From positions 14,618,418 to 14,682,417 of the forward strand of contig CAVNZM010000001.1 of assembly GCA_963693365.1 (NCBI GenBank): 64,000 nt of DNA, given 5' to 3'. The notes under the pieces are model-generated. The model saw only the letters and a list, made by a program, of their open reading frames with translations. It was not told where the DNA came from and did no database searches. Source of the DNA: Amoebidium appalachense. Lineage: Eukaryota; Protista; Ichthyosporea. The position numbers and the translations under genes were made by a program. This document shows, piece by piece, positions 14,168-29,200 of the stretch (its first letter is position 1; each line of letters begins with the position of its first letter).

Positions 14168-14523
14168 ACCCATATGCCATACATGCATGGACACGCACGC
14201 TGCACACGCGCTCGCGCGTGCACACACACACACACACAGAGCCACAGTTAACTGAGACACACGGTATACCACTTTACACCATAGACTGTGGCCATTCCTG
14301 GAGCAGTGTTTGCAAGATTCATGGTGTAGTTGTTCGATGAAAGGAATCAGCAAAAATTTAAAAGGCAATGTCGCTAGAGACAGTGACGTTGCACCCCTAC
14401 ACCCCAGTGTAGCCCGGGGCAAACGCGAAACTAGTGCTATTTCAATCAATCGCTAGCCACATGATCACTGAGCCGGGCACCGAGCAAAAATGTCGCCAAA
14501 GTGCGGAAGAGAGCTGGGCCGGG

Positions 14524-14578
<55 letters not shown>

Positions 14579-15239
14579 AATAATATGGCATCGACTTTTT
14601 TTAAAAATAAAAAAAAAGATCAGGTTTCGACCATGGCAATGAGTATGCAAGAATTACTGGACCACAATGATGAAGACAGTTATCAAACATCCAACGAATT
14701 CTGGCTGCAGTAGGAATAACCGGCATATGGTCGCTGTTTCCACAGTTACCCCTCTGTGGTTGTCGCGGTGGTGGTGGTGGTGGTGGCTGGGTCACCGTGG
14801 ATGGGTGGGTGCCGGTTGGTTGGTTTAGTGGGGGCGGGGCACCGGGGGGGAGGGGGGGGAGGGGGGGGGGAGGAGGATGAGGGGGGGGGATGGGGGCGGG
14901 GAGACGGGGGGGGGGGGGGGGGGGGAGGGGAGGGAAAGATTTGGGAGGGTTGGCTGGGTGAGGGGGGGGAGGGGGCCCGGGGGGAATACATTTCAAGATG
15001 ATAATCTGGTGCCCAAATAAGATTGAATGTAAGTTTCCTCCGCCGGTGCCAATACTTTCTGTTCACTCTCCAACAGTTTAGCTGGCAGCTGGCAGCAGAA
15101 TTGCATTTGCTTGACGTTGTGTACAGACAGACAGGCTCTTAGTCCATGGTCTTGAATATCCAGAGGCCTATACGAAACTAAATAAATGGGTATCGCCTTG
15201 GGACCCCGAGGGGAGGGGAAGACAGGGGGAGGGGGGGGA

Positions 15240-15278
<39 letters not shown>

Positions 15279-15788
15279 TCCGGAGGAGGAGGTGGGGTGT
15301 GGGGGTATTACGTATCCACCCGGCCAGCTAGACCGCTGCCGAGACACATATATACGTACATCGTGGCATGTGCAGGGTGCCAGTATTAAGTGCGCGTCAC
15401 GCTGGAAACACTGGGAGGCCCTGGGATGAATGTTATGTAATCATTAGACCTCGGCATATTATATGACACAGTGGGTGCAGCTCGGTAGCTGAGCGAGGCT
15501 CTTGCAACGCTGTCGCTCACTCCCCTGCTTTCTGTCTCTTCCTCTTACTTTCTTGAGCAATACAGCTCCCGGGCTAGGGACCTCGTATCCTCCCCCCCCC
15601 CCCCCCCCCCCCCCCCTCCAACCCCCCAACCCCTCTCCCCCCTCCTCCCCCCAACCCCTCTCCCCCCTCTCTTCCCCGGCAACAAACAGCCCTTCGAGCA
15701 CATTTCCTCAGGAAGGCTTTCTTAGCACGAGCCCTCAAACTGGCACCTAGCCAATAGCCGTCATTAAATGTCAACACTGCCTGTATGA

Positions 15789-15882
15789 CTACAATAATTA
15801 TTGTAGTAGTCAACATGTATGACTACAATAATTATTGTAGACTACAATAATTATTGTAGTTGTCTACAATAATTATTGCAGT
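15789..15882. repeat. Cluster of four copies of the 18-bp palindrome CTACAATAATTATTGTAG
   Basis: Directly visible; the fourth copy has one mismatch. Confidence 0.85.
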
Positions 15883-16226
15883 CAGCGTATGGTTCGACCT
15901 GTACTATACACAAGTAGGTCCAAAGTAGGTTCCAGAGCAAAATTTAAGGGACCTTAATCCCCCATTAAAAGTTAATGGTTGGAGGCCCTCCCAACATGTC
16001 TGCCGGCAGCTTTAGTCTCCATATGTTTCCCAATCCAAGTGATAATATTAATGAGCTGTGGCCTAGATGGAGCAGAAAGATGTAAGGCCGCAGTGGTGTC
16101 AGTGAGCTGGGCCGGACCCAGGCCACAGCGGCTGCAGAAGGCGGGGGGGGGGGGGGGGGGGGGAACCAATAACTGTGTGTGTAACGTCCTGAAAGATGCT
16201 CATGTGCTTTCCGACCATGGTTTTTG

Positions 16227-16263
<37 letters not shown>

Positions 16264-16296
16264 CGGTGGTACGTGTGTTGCTGTTTCAGAAATCGA

Positions 16297-16357
<61 letters not shown>

Positions 16358-17202
16358 AGGGCGGGATGTGTTGTAAACTTTGCAGCAAAGACTTCGAACT
16401 GATGTTCCTAAGGGTTTTCGGGCGGATTTGGACGGGGGGATTTGTAGAGGGTGTGTGTGTGTGTGTGTGTGGAGAGAAAGAGAGAGGGCTGGGGGATTAT
16501 TACAACAGGCAAACATGATACAAGTCACTGTCGCTTCATTTTACTCAAAAATTTCACTTCATTTGACTCTCGTAACGAACACACTATGCTCGATCGAATC
16601 GGATTATACACACTGTCAGGCAAGCCGGGGGGCAACCAGCTGCACGATATCATATGCATAAACCAAAACGCTCATGTGGGCACATGATTAGGGACCAATG
16701 ACATAGCTATCTCCGTAACCGACCAATGGAAACAAGGGGGCAACTTGATCCAATTGGCTGAAAACAGAGTTTGGCTAGTGAGCGGCGCCCAATAATAAAT
16801 CGACTGCTGTGTGGTGAACCCTGTCGGTACAAGGGGGCAACTTGTAGTTTGGAGGTACACACACACATCAACCGTAACATTACGTTCTAATGTGAGATTA
16901 ACATATTAACATTACTTGCTCTTGACTAATACTAGTTTTTGATAAACCGAATCTTAAACTTAACTATACAGCTTGCCTCGAAAGGAAAGGCTTGTACATT
17001 GAGGCAGTAAAACACACTTCAAATTACAATCTACGGTTTGCGGAATCAGCACCATGCTGTTCCTGGTCGTCACTAAAAGGCCGAGGGGCGTAAACCCTTA
17101 TTCGTACAGTGCCCGTCTCGGCATCATTGGGCAAGTATATTCTCACCCGGACTCCGGTCTGCTTATGCGCGTCGAAAAAACCTAAGCGCATTCTCAATAA
17201 AA

Positions 17203-20200
17203 CTATCCGACACGGCAGGGGGGGGTTCCTTCCGGCGTTGTTGTGTCCGTCTTCTCTTTGTTGGTTTCCTTCTCGTCCTCCTTGGTTTCCTTCTCTTCCT
17301 TCTCTTCCTCCGACTCGGACGAAGACGATGAAGAGTTGCCCGGGTCCGACGAACCCGTATGGTATTCGTTGTCGGACTCGGAGCCGCCACTGTGTGCGTC
17401 GTGGTAGAGGGACATGTCGGATGCCCGGCCGGCCCCGGACCGAAGTGCGCCTGCTCCGGCCGAAGACGAAGGTTCCGGTGCAAGGCTCGATGGGCCGGCC
17501 TTGGATGTGGCCCTCTTGCGCTTGTTCTTCTCCTTCTTTGCCGGGGAGCTTGTGGCTACAGCGGCACCGGCCGCGGCTATTCCTGCTCCGGCTATCACGG
17601 CACCAACAACTGGGGCTGCAGTGCTCGAACCGTCATGTTCCTGGTCTTTGGGTGCTGGAGCCGACACGTCGACGTCTTGCGCCGAGACGAAAGAAGTAGC
17701 GCTTTCGGTCGAGGGATGCGCCGTCAGCCCCTCCTTAGCCTTTGCCTGGGAGATGACAGCGCGGGCCTTCTCCTCCAGCTTGGCCACGTGTCCGTCGTCG
17801 ACCGGCAGTGGTGGCTGCGGTGCGCCGCCCTCCGACACGCGCTTCTTGTCTGCCGAGCCCGCGACAAGCACAGCCTTCAGTTTTGCCTCGAGCTCTTTCT
17901 TCTTACCCTCGTCCGTTTCGGTAAGGCTGGTGGCACTGACGGATGCAGCGAGCCTCTCGGCTTCTTCAACCGCCACCGTGTCTTTGTCCTTGACTACAGA
18001 CACGGCAGCGGCAATGCCTGCAGCCTTGAGAAGTTCTGCTTCCAAGTCATCATCATCTAGGTCCACAGCCGGTGACTTGGCAGGTGCTGATGCAGTTGAC
18101 GGTGCTGATCTTGGTGCGGGTGAGGGAGAAACCGGGGGCGTCTTGGGCTTGGTGGTTGTCGGCGGAGGGGCAAACAGGGACGAGAGCAGCTTCCACCCCG
18201 ACGGCATCTCGTCGCTCTCATTCACGTGGGGTTTGGGAGTGCCAGGGACTGTCACCGACGGTGTCGACGTGCCTGTGCCCATGAGCACTGCTGTGGCTAC
18301 CTTGGGGTCCACCGTGCTGCCCGGCCCGCCAATCTGACCAACAGATTTCTTGGCTGACAGAGTTGCATCGCCAGTGCAGGGTTTGGAAAAAGCTTCTCCT
18401 GTGTCTGATAGGTCGGAGATGTCGGCTGGGTCAGCCGACGACTCTGTCAGTGGCCTAGATTCCTTGGCGACAACGGCCGCATAGCCCAAAGGTGCCTTGC
18501 CGGTGCTTGCACGCTTCCCAACGGCAGACACCTCGTCTTTGGCATCTCTCACAGCCGCATCGATCAGCGCTCCAGGGTCTGAATCAGCAACCCCTACGGG
18601 TCCAGCTGAACCGTGGCCAGTTGGCTTGCCGCCAAGACTGGCCCCAACCCCAACAGCCGTTGCACCAGCAATACCGGCAGCAGCAAGCTTCAGGTCGTCG
18701 CCAGACACAGACGGCAGGCTGACATCCCCATTGATGTCGCCCGAAGGCAGCTTGGCATCAAGGTCAACGTCACCCTTGCCGCCAGCAGCTTTGATACCCA
18801 GGTCGGCAGCCAGGGCCCCACCTAGCCCGGCAGCAGCAAACTTCAGGCCGTCAGCGCTGCCATCAGCGCTGGGCAGCTTGACGTCGCCAGACACACTGGG
18901 CAGGTCGACGTCGCCAGACAGGCCGGGAAGCTTGGCATCCCCAGACAGAGAGGGGAGATTGACGTCACCATCCACACCGGGCAGTTTGACATCCCCGGAT
19001 AGAGACGGTAGCTTGGCATCACCATCTACACCGGGCAGTTTCACATCGCCAGACAGGCCGAGAAGCTTGGCATCCCCAGACAGAGAGGGGAGCTTGACGT
19101 CAGCGACCACACCGGGCAGCTTGACGCCCCCGGACAGAGACGGTAGCTTGGCATCACCATCTACACCGGGCAGTTTGACGTCGCCAGACAGGCCGGGAAG
19201 CTTGGCATTCCCAGACAGAGAGGGGAGCTTGACGTCACCCTCCACACCGGACAGTTTGACGTCCCCGGACAGAGACGGTAGCTTGGCATCACCATCTACC
19301 CCGGGCAGTTTGACGTCGCCAGACAGAGACGGTAGCTTGGCATCTCCAGACAAAGACGGCAGCTTGACGTCACCAGACACGGACGGCAGGCTGACATCCC
19401 CCTTGATGTTGCCCGAAGGCAGCTTGGCATCCAGGTCTACGTCACCCTTGCCGCCAGCAGCTTTGATGCCCAGGCCGGCAGCCAGGGCCCCTCCTAGCCC
19501 GGCAGTAGCAAGCTTCAGGCCGTCACCGCTGCCCTCAGCACTGGGCAGCTTGACATCGCCGGACACACTGGGCAGGTCGACGTCACCAGACAGGCCGGGA
19601 AGCTTGGCATCCCCAGACAGAGAGGGGAGCTTGACGTCACCATCCACAACGGGCAGCTTGACGTCCCCGGACAGAGACGGTAGCTTCGGATCACCTTCTA
19701 CACTGGGCAGTTTGACGTCGCCAGACAGGCCGGGAAGCTGGGCATCCCCAGACAGACAGGGGAGCTTGACGTCACCCTCCACAACGGGCAGTTTGACGTC
19801 GCCAGACAGAGACGGTAGCTTGGCATCTCCAGACAAAGACGGCAGCTTGACGTCACCAGACACGGACGGCAGGCTGACATCCCCCTTGATTTTGCCCGAA
19901 GGCAGCTTGGCATCCAGGTCTATGTCACCCTTGCCGCCAGCAGCTTTGATGCCCAGGCCGGCAGCCAGGGCCCCGCTAAGCCCGGCAGCAGCAAGCTTCA
20001 GGCCGTCACCGCCCTCAGCACTGGGCAGCTTGACATCGCCAGCCACACTGGGCAGGTCGACGTCACCAGACAGGGGGGGAAGCTTGGCATCCCCAGACAG
20101 AGAGGGCAGTTTGACGTCACCATCCACACCGGGCAGTTTGACGTCCCCGGACAGAGACGGTAGCTTGGCATCACCATCTACACCGGGCAGTTTGACGTCG

Positions 20201-23200
20201 CCAGACAGGCCGGGAAGCTTGGCATCCCCAGACAGAGAGGGGAGCTTGACGTCACCATCCACACCGGGCAGTTTGATGTCCCCAGACAGAGACGGTAGCT
20301 TGGCATCACCATCTACACCGGGCAGTTTGATGTCGCCAGACAGGCCGGGAAGCTTGACATCCCGAGACAGAGAGGGGAGCTTGACGTCACCATCCACACC
20401 GGGCAGTTTGACGTCGCCAGACAGAGACGGTAGCTTGGCATCTCCAGACAAAGACGGCAGTTTGACGTCACCAGACAGGCCGGGAAGCTTGGCATCCCCA
20501 GACAGAGAGGGGAGCTTGACGTCACCATCCACACCGGGCAGTTTGACGTCCCCGGACAGAGACGGTAGCTTGGCAGCTCCGTCTACACCGGGCAGCTTGA
20601 CGTCACCCGACACGGACGGCAGGCTGACATCCCCCTTGATGTTGCCCGAAGGCAGCTTGGCATCCAGGTCTACGTCACCCTTGCCGCCAGCAGCTTTGAT
20701 GCCAAGGCCGGCAGCCAGGGCCCCGCCTAGCCCGGCAGCAGCAAGCTTCAGGCCGTCACCGCTGCCATCAGCACTGGGCAGCTTGACATTGCCAGACACA
20801 CTGGGCAGGTCGACGTCACCAGACAGGCCGGGAAGCTTGGCATCCCCAGACAGAGAGGGCAGTTTGACGTCACCATCCACACCAGGCAGTTCGACGTCCC
20901 CGGACAGAGACGGTAGCTTGGCATCACCATCTACACCGGGCAGTTTGACGTCGCCAGACAGGCCGGGAAGCTTGGCATCCCCAGACAGAGAGGGGAGCTT
21001 GACGTCATCATCCACACCGGGCAGTTTGACGTCGCCAAACAGAGACGGTAGCTTGGCATCTCCAGACAAAGACGGCAGTTTGACGTCATCAAACAGGCCG
21101 GGAAGCTTGGCATCCCCAGACAGAGAGGGGAGCTTGACGTCACCATCCACGCCGGGCAGTTTGACGTCCCCGGACAGAGACGGTATCTTGGCAGCACCGT
21201 CTACACCGGGCAGTTTGACGTCACCAGACAGGCGGGGAAGCTTGGCATCCCCAGAAAGAGAGGGGAGCTTGACGTCACCGTCTACACCGGGCAGTTTGAC
21301 GTCGCCAGACAGGCCGGGAAGCTTGGTGTCCCCAGACAGAGAGGGGAGCTTGACGTCACCATCCCCACCGGGCAGTTTGACGTCCCCGGACAGAGACGGT
21401 AGCTTGGCATCACCATCTACACCAGGCAGTTTGACGTCGCCAGACAGAGACGGTAGCTTGGCATTCCCAGACAAAGACGGCAGCTTGACGTCACCAGACA
21501 CGGAAGGCAGGCTGACACCCCCCTTGATGTTGCCGGAAGGCAGCTTGGCATCCAGGTCTACGTCACCCTTGCCGCCAGCTGTTTTGATGCCAAGGCCGGC
21601 AGCCAGGGCCCCGCCTAGCCCGGCAGCAGCAAGCTTCAGGCCGTCACCGCTGCCCTCAGCACTGGGCAGCTTGACATTGCCAGACACACTGGGCAGGTCG
21701 ACGTCACCAGACAGGCCGGGAAGCTTGGCATCCCCAGACAGAGAGGGCAGTTTGACGTCACCATCCACACCGGGCAGTTTGACGTCCCCGGACAGAGACG
21801 GTGGCTTGGCATCACCATCTACACCGGGCAGTTTGACGTCGCCAGACAGGCCGGCAAGCTTGGCATCCCCAGACAGAGAGGGGAGCTTGACGTCACCATC
21901 TACACCGGGCAGTTTGACGTCGCCAGACAGGCCGGGAAGCTTGGCATCCCCAGACAGAGAGGGGAGCTTGACGTCACCATCCACACCGGGCAGTTTGACG
22001 TCGCCAGACAGAGACGGTAGCTTGGCATCTCCAGACAAAGACGGCAGCTTGACGTCACCAGACACGGAAGGCAGGCTGACACCCCCCTTGATGTTGCCCG
22101 AAGGCAGCTTGGCATCCAGGTCTACGACACCCTTGCCGCCAGCAGCTTTGATGCCAAGGCCGGCAGCCAGGGCCCCGCCTAGCCCGGCAGCAGCAAGCTT
22201 CAGGCCGTCACCGCTGCCATCAGCACTGGGCAGCTTGACATTGCCAGACACACTGGGCAGGTCGACGTCACCAGACAGGCCGGGAAGCTTGGCATCCCCA
22301 GACAGAGACGGTAGCTTGGCATCACCATCTACACCGGGCAGTTTGACGTCGCCAGACAGGCCGGGAAGCTTGGCATCCCCAGACAGAGAGGGGAGCTTGA
22401 CGTCACCATCCACACCAGGCAGTTTGACGTCGCCAGACAGAGACGGTAGCTTGGCATCTCCAGACAACGACGGCAGTTTGACGTCATCAGACAGGCCGGG
22501 AAGCTTGGCATCCCCAGACAGAGAGGGGAGCTTGACGTCACCATCCACACCGGGCAGTTTGACGTCGCCACACAGAGACGGTAGCTTGGCATCTCCAGAC
22601 AAAGACGGCAGTTTGACGTCACCAGACAGGCCGGGAAGCTTGGCATCCCCAGACAGAGAGGGGAGCTTGACGTCACCATCCACACCGGGCAGTTTGACGT
22701 CCCCGGACAGAGATGGTATCTTGGCAGCACCGTCTACACCGGGCAGTTTGACGTCTCCAGACAGGCCGGCAAGCTTGGCATCCCCAGAAAGAGAGGGGAG
22801 CTTGACGTCACCGTCTACACCGGGCAGTTTGACGTCGCCAGACAGGCCGGGAAGCTTGGCATCCCCAGACAGAGAGGGGAGCTTGACGTCACCATCCACA
22901 CCGGGCAGTTTGACGTCCCCGGACAGAGACGGTAGCTTGGCATCACCATCTACACCAGGCAGTTTGACGTCGCCAGACAGAGACGATAGCTTGGCATCTC
23001 CAGACAAAGACGGGAGCTTGACGTCACCAGACACGGACGGCAGGCTGACATCCCCCTTGATGTTGCCCGAAGGCAGCTTGGCATCCAGGTTTACGTCACC
23101 CTTGCCGCCAGCAGCTTTGATGCCAAGGCCGGCAGCCAGGGCCCCGCCTAGCCCGGCAGCAGCAAGCTTCAGGCCGTCACCGCTGCCATCAGCACTGGGC

Positions 23201-26200
23201 AGGTTGACATTGCCAGACACACTGGGCAGGTCGACGTCACCAGACAGGCCGGGAAGCTTGGCATCCCCAGACAGAGAGGGCAGTTTGACGTCACCATCCA
23301 CACCGGGCAGTTTGACGTCCCCGGACAGAGAAGGTAGCTTGGCATCACCATCTACACCGGGCAGTTTGACGTCGCCAGACAGGCCGGGAAGCTTGGCATC
23401 CCCAGACAGAGAGGGGAGCTTGACGTCACCATCCACACCGGGCAGTTTGACGTCGCCAGACAGAGACGGTAGCTTGGCATCTCCAGACAAAGACGGGAGC
23501 TTGACGTCACCAGACACGGACGGCAGGCTGACATCCCCCTTGATGTTGCCCGAAGGCAGCTTGGCATCCAGGTTTACGTCACCGTTGCCGCCAGCAGCTT
23601 TGATGCCAAGGCCGGCAGCCAGGGCCCCGCCTAGCCCGGCAGCAGCAAGCTTCAGGCCGTCACCGCTGCCATCAGCACTGGGCAGCTTGACATTGCCAGA
23701 CACACTGGGCAGGTCGACGTCACCAGACAGGGCGGGAAGCTTGGCATCCCCAGACAGAGAGGGCAGTTTGACGTCACCATCCACACCGGGCAGTTTGACG
23801 TCCCCGGACAGAGACGGCAGCTTGGCATCACCATCTACACCGGGCAGTTTGACGTCGCCAGACAGGCCGGGAAGCTTGGCATCCCCAGACAGAGAGGGGA
23901 GCTTGACGTCACCATCCACACCGGGCAGTTTGACGTCGCCAGACAGAGACGGTAGCTTGGCATCTCCAGACAAAGACGGCAGTTTGACGTCACCAGACAG
24001 GCCGGGAAGCTTGGCATCCCCAGACAGAGAGGGGAGCTTGCCGTCACCATCCACACCGGGCAGTTTGACGTCCCCGGACAGAGACGGTATCTTGGCAGCA
24101 CCGTCTACACCGGGCAGTTTGACGTCGCCAGACAGGCCGGGAAGCTTGGCATCCCCAGACAGAGAGGGGAGCTTGACGTCACCATCCACACCGGGCAGTT
24201 TGACGTCCCCGGACAGAGACGGTAGCTTGGCATCACCATCTACACCAGGCAGTTTGACGTCGCCAGACAGAGACGGTAGCTTGGCATCTCCAGACAAAGA
24301 CGGGAGCTTGACGTCACCAGACACGGACGGCAGGCTGACATCCCCCTTGATGTTGCCCGAAGGCAGCTTGGCATCCAGGTTTACGTCACCCTTGCCGCCA
24401 GCAGCTTTGATGCCAAGGCCGGCAGCCAGGGCCCCGCCTAGCCCGGCAGCAGCAAGCTTCAGGCCGTCACCGCTGCCATCAGCACTGGGCAGCTTGACAT
24501 TGCCAGACACACTGGGCAGGTCGACTTCACCAGACAGGCCGGGAAGCTTGGCATCCCCAGACAGAGAGGGCAGTTTGACGTCACCATCCACACCGGGCAG
24601 TTTGACGTCCCCGGACAGAGACGGTAGCTTGGCATCACCATCTACACCGGGCAGTTTGACGTTGCCAGACAGGCCGGGAAGCTTGGCATCCCCAGACAGA
24701 GAGGGGAGCTTGACGTCACCATCCACACCGGGCAGTTTGACGTCGCCAGACAGAGACGGTAGCTTTGCATCTCCAGACAAAGACGGTGGTTTGACGTTAC
24801 TAGACAGGCCGGGAAGCTTGGCATCCCCAGACAGAGAGGGGAGCTTGACGTCACCATCCACACCGGGCAGTTTGACGTCCCCGGACAGAGACGGTATCTT
24901 GGCAGCACCGTCTACACCGGGCAGTTTGACGTCGCCAGACAGGCCGGGAAGCTTGGCATCCCCAGAAAGAGAGGGGAGCTTGACGTCACCGTCTACGGAC
25001 GGCAGGCTGACATCCCCCTTGATGTTGCCCGAAGGCAGCTTGGCATCCAGGTCTACGTCACCCTTGCCGCCAGCAGCTTTGATGCCAAGGCCGGCAGCCA
25101 GGGCCCCGCCTAGCCCGGCAGCAGCAAGCTTCAGGCCGTCACCGCTGCCATCAGCACTGGGCAGCTTGACATTGCCAGACACACTGGGCAGGTCGACGTC
25201 ACCAGACAGGCCGGGAAGCTTGGCATCCCCAGACAGAGAGGGCAGTTTGACGTCACCATCCACACCGGGCAGTTTGACGTCCCCGGACAGAGACGGTAGC
25301 TTGGCATCACCATCTACACCGGGCAGTTTGACGTCGCCAGACAGGCCGGGAAGCTTGGCATCCCCAGACAGAGAGGGGAGCTTGACGTCACCATCCACAC
25401 CGGGCAGTTTGATGTCGCCAGACAGAGACGGTAGCTTGGCATCTCCAGACAAAGACGGCAGTTTGACGTCACCAGACAGGCCGGGAAGCTTGGCATCCCC
25501 AGACAGAGAGGGGAGCTTGACGTCACCATCCACACCGGGCAGTTTGACGTCCCCGGACAGAGACGGTATCTTGGCAGCACCGTCTACACCGGGCAGTTTG
25601 ACGTCGCCAGACAGGCCGGGAAGCTTGGCATCCCCAGAAAGAGAGGGGAGCTTGACGTCACCGTCTACACCGGGCAGTTTGACGTCGCCAGACAGGCCGG
25701 GAAGCTTGGTGTCCCCAGACAGAGAGGGGAGCTTGACGTTACCATCCACACCGGGCAGTTTGACGTCCCCGGACAGAGACGGTAGCTTGGCATCACCATC
25801 TACACCAAGCAGTTTGACGTCGCCAGACAGAGACGGTAGCTTGGCATCTCCAGACAAAGACGGCAGCTTGACGTCACCAGACACGGAAGGCAGGCTGACA
25901 CCCCCCTTGATGTTGCCCGAAGGCAGCTTGGCATCCAGGTCTACGTCACCCTTGCCGCCAGCAGCTTTGATGCCAAGGCCGGCAGCCAGGGCCCCGCCTA
26001 GCCCGGCAGCAGCAAGCTTCAGGCCGTCACCGCTGCCCTCAGCACTGGGCAGCTTGACATTGCCAGACACACTGGGCAGGTCGACGTCACCAGACAGGCC
26101 GGGAAGCTTGGCATCCCCAGACAGAGAGGGCAGTTTGACGTCACCATCCACACCGGGCAGTTTGATGTCCCCTGACAGAGACGGTAGCTTGGCATCACCA

Positions 26201-29200
26201 TCTACACCGGGCAGTTTGACGTCGCCAGACAGGCCGGGAAGCTTGGCATCCCCAGACAGAGAGGGGAGCTTGACGTTACCATCCACACCGGGCAGTTTGA
26301 CGTCCCCGGACAGAGACGGTAGCTTGGCATCACCATCTACACCAAGCAGTTTGACGTCGCCAGACAGAGACGGTAGCTTGGCATCTCCAGACAAAGACGG
26401 CAGCTTGACGTCACCAGACACGGAAGGCAGGCTGACACCCCCCTTGATGTTGCCCGAAGGCAGCTTGGCATCCAGGTCTACGTCACCCTTGCCGCCAGCA
26501 GCTTTGATGCCAAGGCCGGCAGCCAGGGCCCCGCCTAGCCCGGCAGCAGCAAGCTTCAGGCCGTCACCGCTGCCCTCAGCACTGGGCAGCTTGACATTGC
26601 CAGACACACTGGGCAGGTCGACGTCACCAGACAGGCCGGGAAGCTTGGCATCCCCAGACAGAGAGGGCAGTTTGACGTCACCATCCACACCGGGCAGTTT
26701 GATGTCCCCGGACAGAGACGGTAGCTTGGCATCACCATCTACACCGGGCAGTTTGACGTCGCCAGACAGGCCGGGAAGCTTGGCATCCCCAGACAGAGAG
26801 GGGAGCTTGACGTCACCATCCACACCGGGCAGTTTGACGTCGCCAGACAGAGACGGTAGCTTGGCATCTCCAGACAAAGACGGCAGTTTGACGTCACCAG
26901 ACAGGCCGGGAAGCTTGGCATCCCCAGACAGAGAGGGGAGCTTGCCGTCACCATCCACACCGGGCAGTTTAACGTCCCCGGACAGAGACGGTATCTTGGC
27001 AGCACCGTCTACACCGGGCAGTTTGACGTCGCCAGACAGGCCGGGAAGCTTGGCATCCCCAGACAGAGAGGGGAGCTTGACGTCACCATCCACACCGGGC
27101 AGTTTGACGTCCCCGGACAGAGACGGTAGCTTGGCATCACCATCTACACCAGGCAGTTTGACGTCGCCAGACAGAGACGGTAGCTTGGCATCTCCAGACA
27201 AAGACGGGAGCTTGACGTCACCAGACACGGACGGCAGGCTGACATCCCCCTTGATGTTGCCCGAAGGCAGCTTGGCATCCAGGTTTACGTCACCCTTGCC
27301 GCCAGCAGCTTTGATGCCAAGGCCGGCAGCCAGGGCCCCGCCGAGCCCGGCAGCAGCAAGCTTCAGGCCGTCACCGCTGCCATCAGCACTGGGCAGCTTG
27401 ACATTGCCAGACACACTGGGCAGGTCGACGTCACCAGACAGGGCGGGAAGCTTGGGATCCCCAGACAGAGAGGGCAGTTTGACGTCACCATCCACACCGG
27501 GCAGTTTGACGTCCCCGGACAGAGACGGTAGCTTGGCATCACCATCTACACCAGGCAGTTTGACGTCGCCAGACAAGCCGGGAAGCTTGGCATCCCCAGA
27601 CAGAGAGGGGAGCTTGACGTCACCATCCACACCGGGCAGTTTGACGTCGCCAGACAGAGACGGTAGCTTGGCATCTCCAGACAAAGACGGCAGTTTGACG
27701 TCACCAGACAGGCCGGGAAGCTTGGCATCCCCAGACAGAGAGGGGAGCTTGACGTCACCATCCACACCGGGCAGGTTGAAGTCGCCAGACAGAGACGGTA
27801 GCTTGGCATCTCCAGACAAAGACGGCAGCTTGACGTCACCAGACACGGAAGGCAGGCTGACACCCCCCTTGATGTTGCCCGAAGGCAGCTTGGCATCCAG
27901 GTCTACGTCACCCTTGCCGCCAGCAGCTTTGATGCCAAGGCCGGCAGCCAGGGCCCCGCCTAGCCCGGCAGCAGCAAGCTTCAGGCCGTCACCGCTGCCC
28001 TCAGCACTGGGCAGCTTGACATTGCCAGACACACTGGGCAGGTCGACGTCACCAGACAGGCCGGGAAGCTTGGCATCCCCAGACAGAGAGGGCAGTTTGA
28101 CGTCACCATCCACACCGGGCAGTTTGATGTCCCCTGACAGAGACGGTAGCTTGGCATCACCATCTACACCGGGCAGTTTGACGTCGCCAGACAGGCCGGG
28201 AAGCTTGGCATCCCCAGACAGAGAGGGGAGCTTGACGTTACCATCCACACCGGGCAGTTTGACGTCCCCGGACAGAGACGGTAGCTTGGCATCACCATCT
28301 ACACCAAGCAGTTTGACGTCGCCAGACAGAGACGGTAGCTTGGCATCTCCAGGCAAAGACGGCAGCTTGACGTCACCAGACACGGAAGGCAGGCTGACAC
28401 CCCCCTTGATGTTGCCCGAAGGCAGCTTGGCATCCAGGTCTATGTCACCCTTGCCGCCAGCAGCTTTGATGCCAAGGCCGGCAGCCAGGGCCCCGCCTAG
28501 CCCGGCAGCAGCAAGCTTCAGGCCGTCACCGCTGCCCTCAGCACTGGGCAGCTTGACATTGCCAGACACACTGGGCAGGTCGACGTCACCAGACAGGCCG
28601 GGAAGTTTGGCATCCCCAGACAGAGAGGGCAGTTTGACGTCACCATCCACACCGGGCAGTTTGATGTCCCCGGACAGAGACGGTAGCTTGGCATCACCAT
28701 CTACACCGGGCAGTTTGACGTCGCCGGACAGGCCGGGAAGCTTGGCATCCCCAGACAGAGAGGGGAGCTTGACGTCACCATCCACACCGGGCAGTTTGAC
28801 GTCGCCAGACAGAGACGGTAGCTTGGCATCTCCAGACAAAGACGGCAGTTTGACGTCACCAGACAGGCCGGGAAGCTTGGCATCCCCAGACAGAGAGGGG
28901 AGCTTGCCGTCACCATCCACACCGGGCAGTTTAACGTCCCCGGACAGAGACGGTATCTTGGCAGCACCGTCTACACCGGGCAGTTTGACGTCGCCAGACA
29001 GGCCGGAAAGATTGGCATCCCCAGACAGAGAGGGGAGCTTGACGTCACCATCCACACCGGGCAGTTTGACGTCCCCGGACAGAGACGGTAGCTTGGCATC
29101 ACCATCTACACCAGGCAGTTTGACGTCGCCAGACAGAGACGGTAGCTTGGCATCTCCAGACAAAGACGGGAGCTTGACGTCACCAGACACGGACGGCAGG

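Noticed and set aside
14490-14713. Possible small + strand coding island (MAMSMQELLDHNDEDSY..)
   Set aside because: No supporting neighbouring exons or recognisable motif.
90-16700. HTHT/CVCV/poly-P/poly-G ORFs
   Set aside because: Products of intronic microsatellites and homopolymers; only the exon islands are coding.
16732-16844. Direct repeat ACAAGGGGGCAACTTG, with a related motif at ~57228
   Set aside because: Possibly a transposon-end remnant, but no paired inverted end or TSD could be defined.
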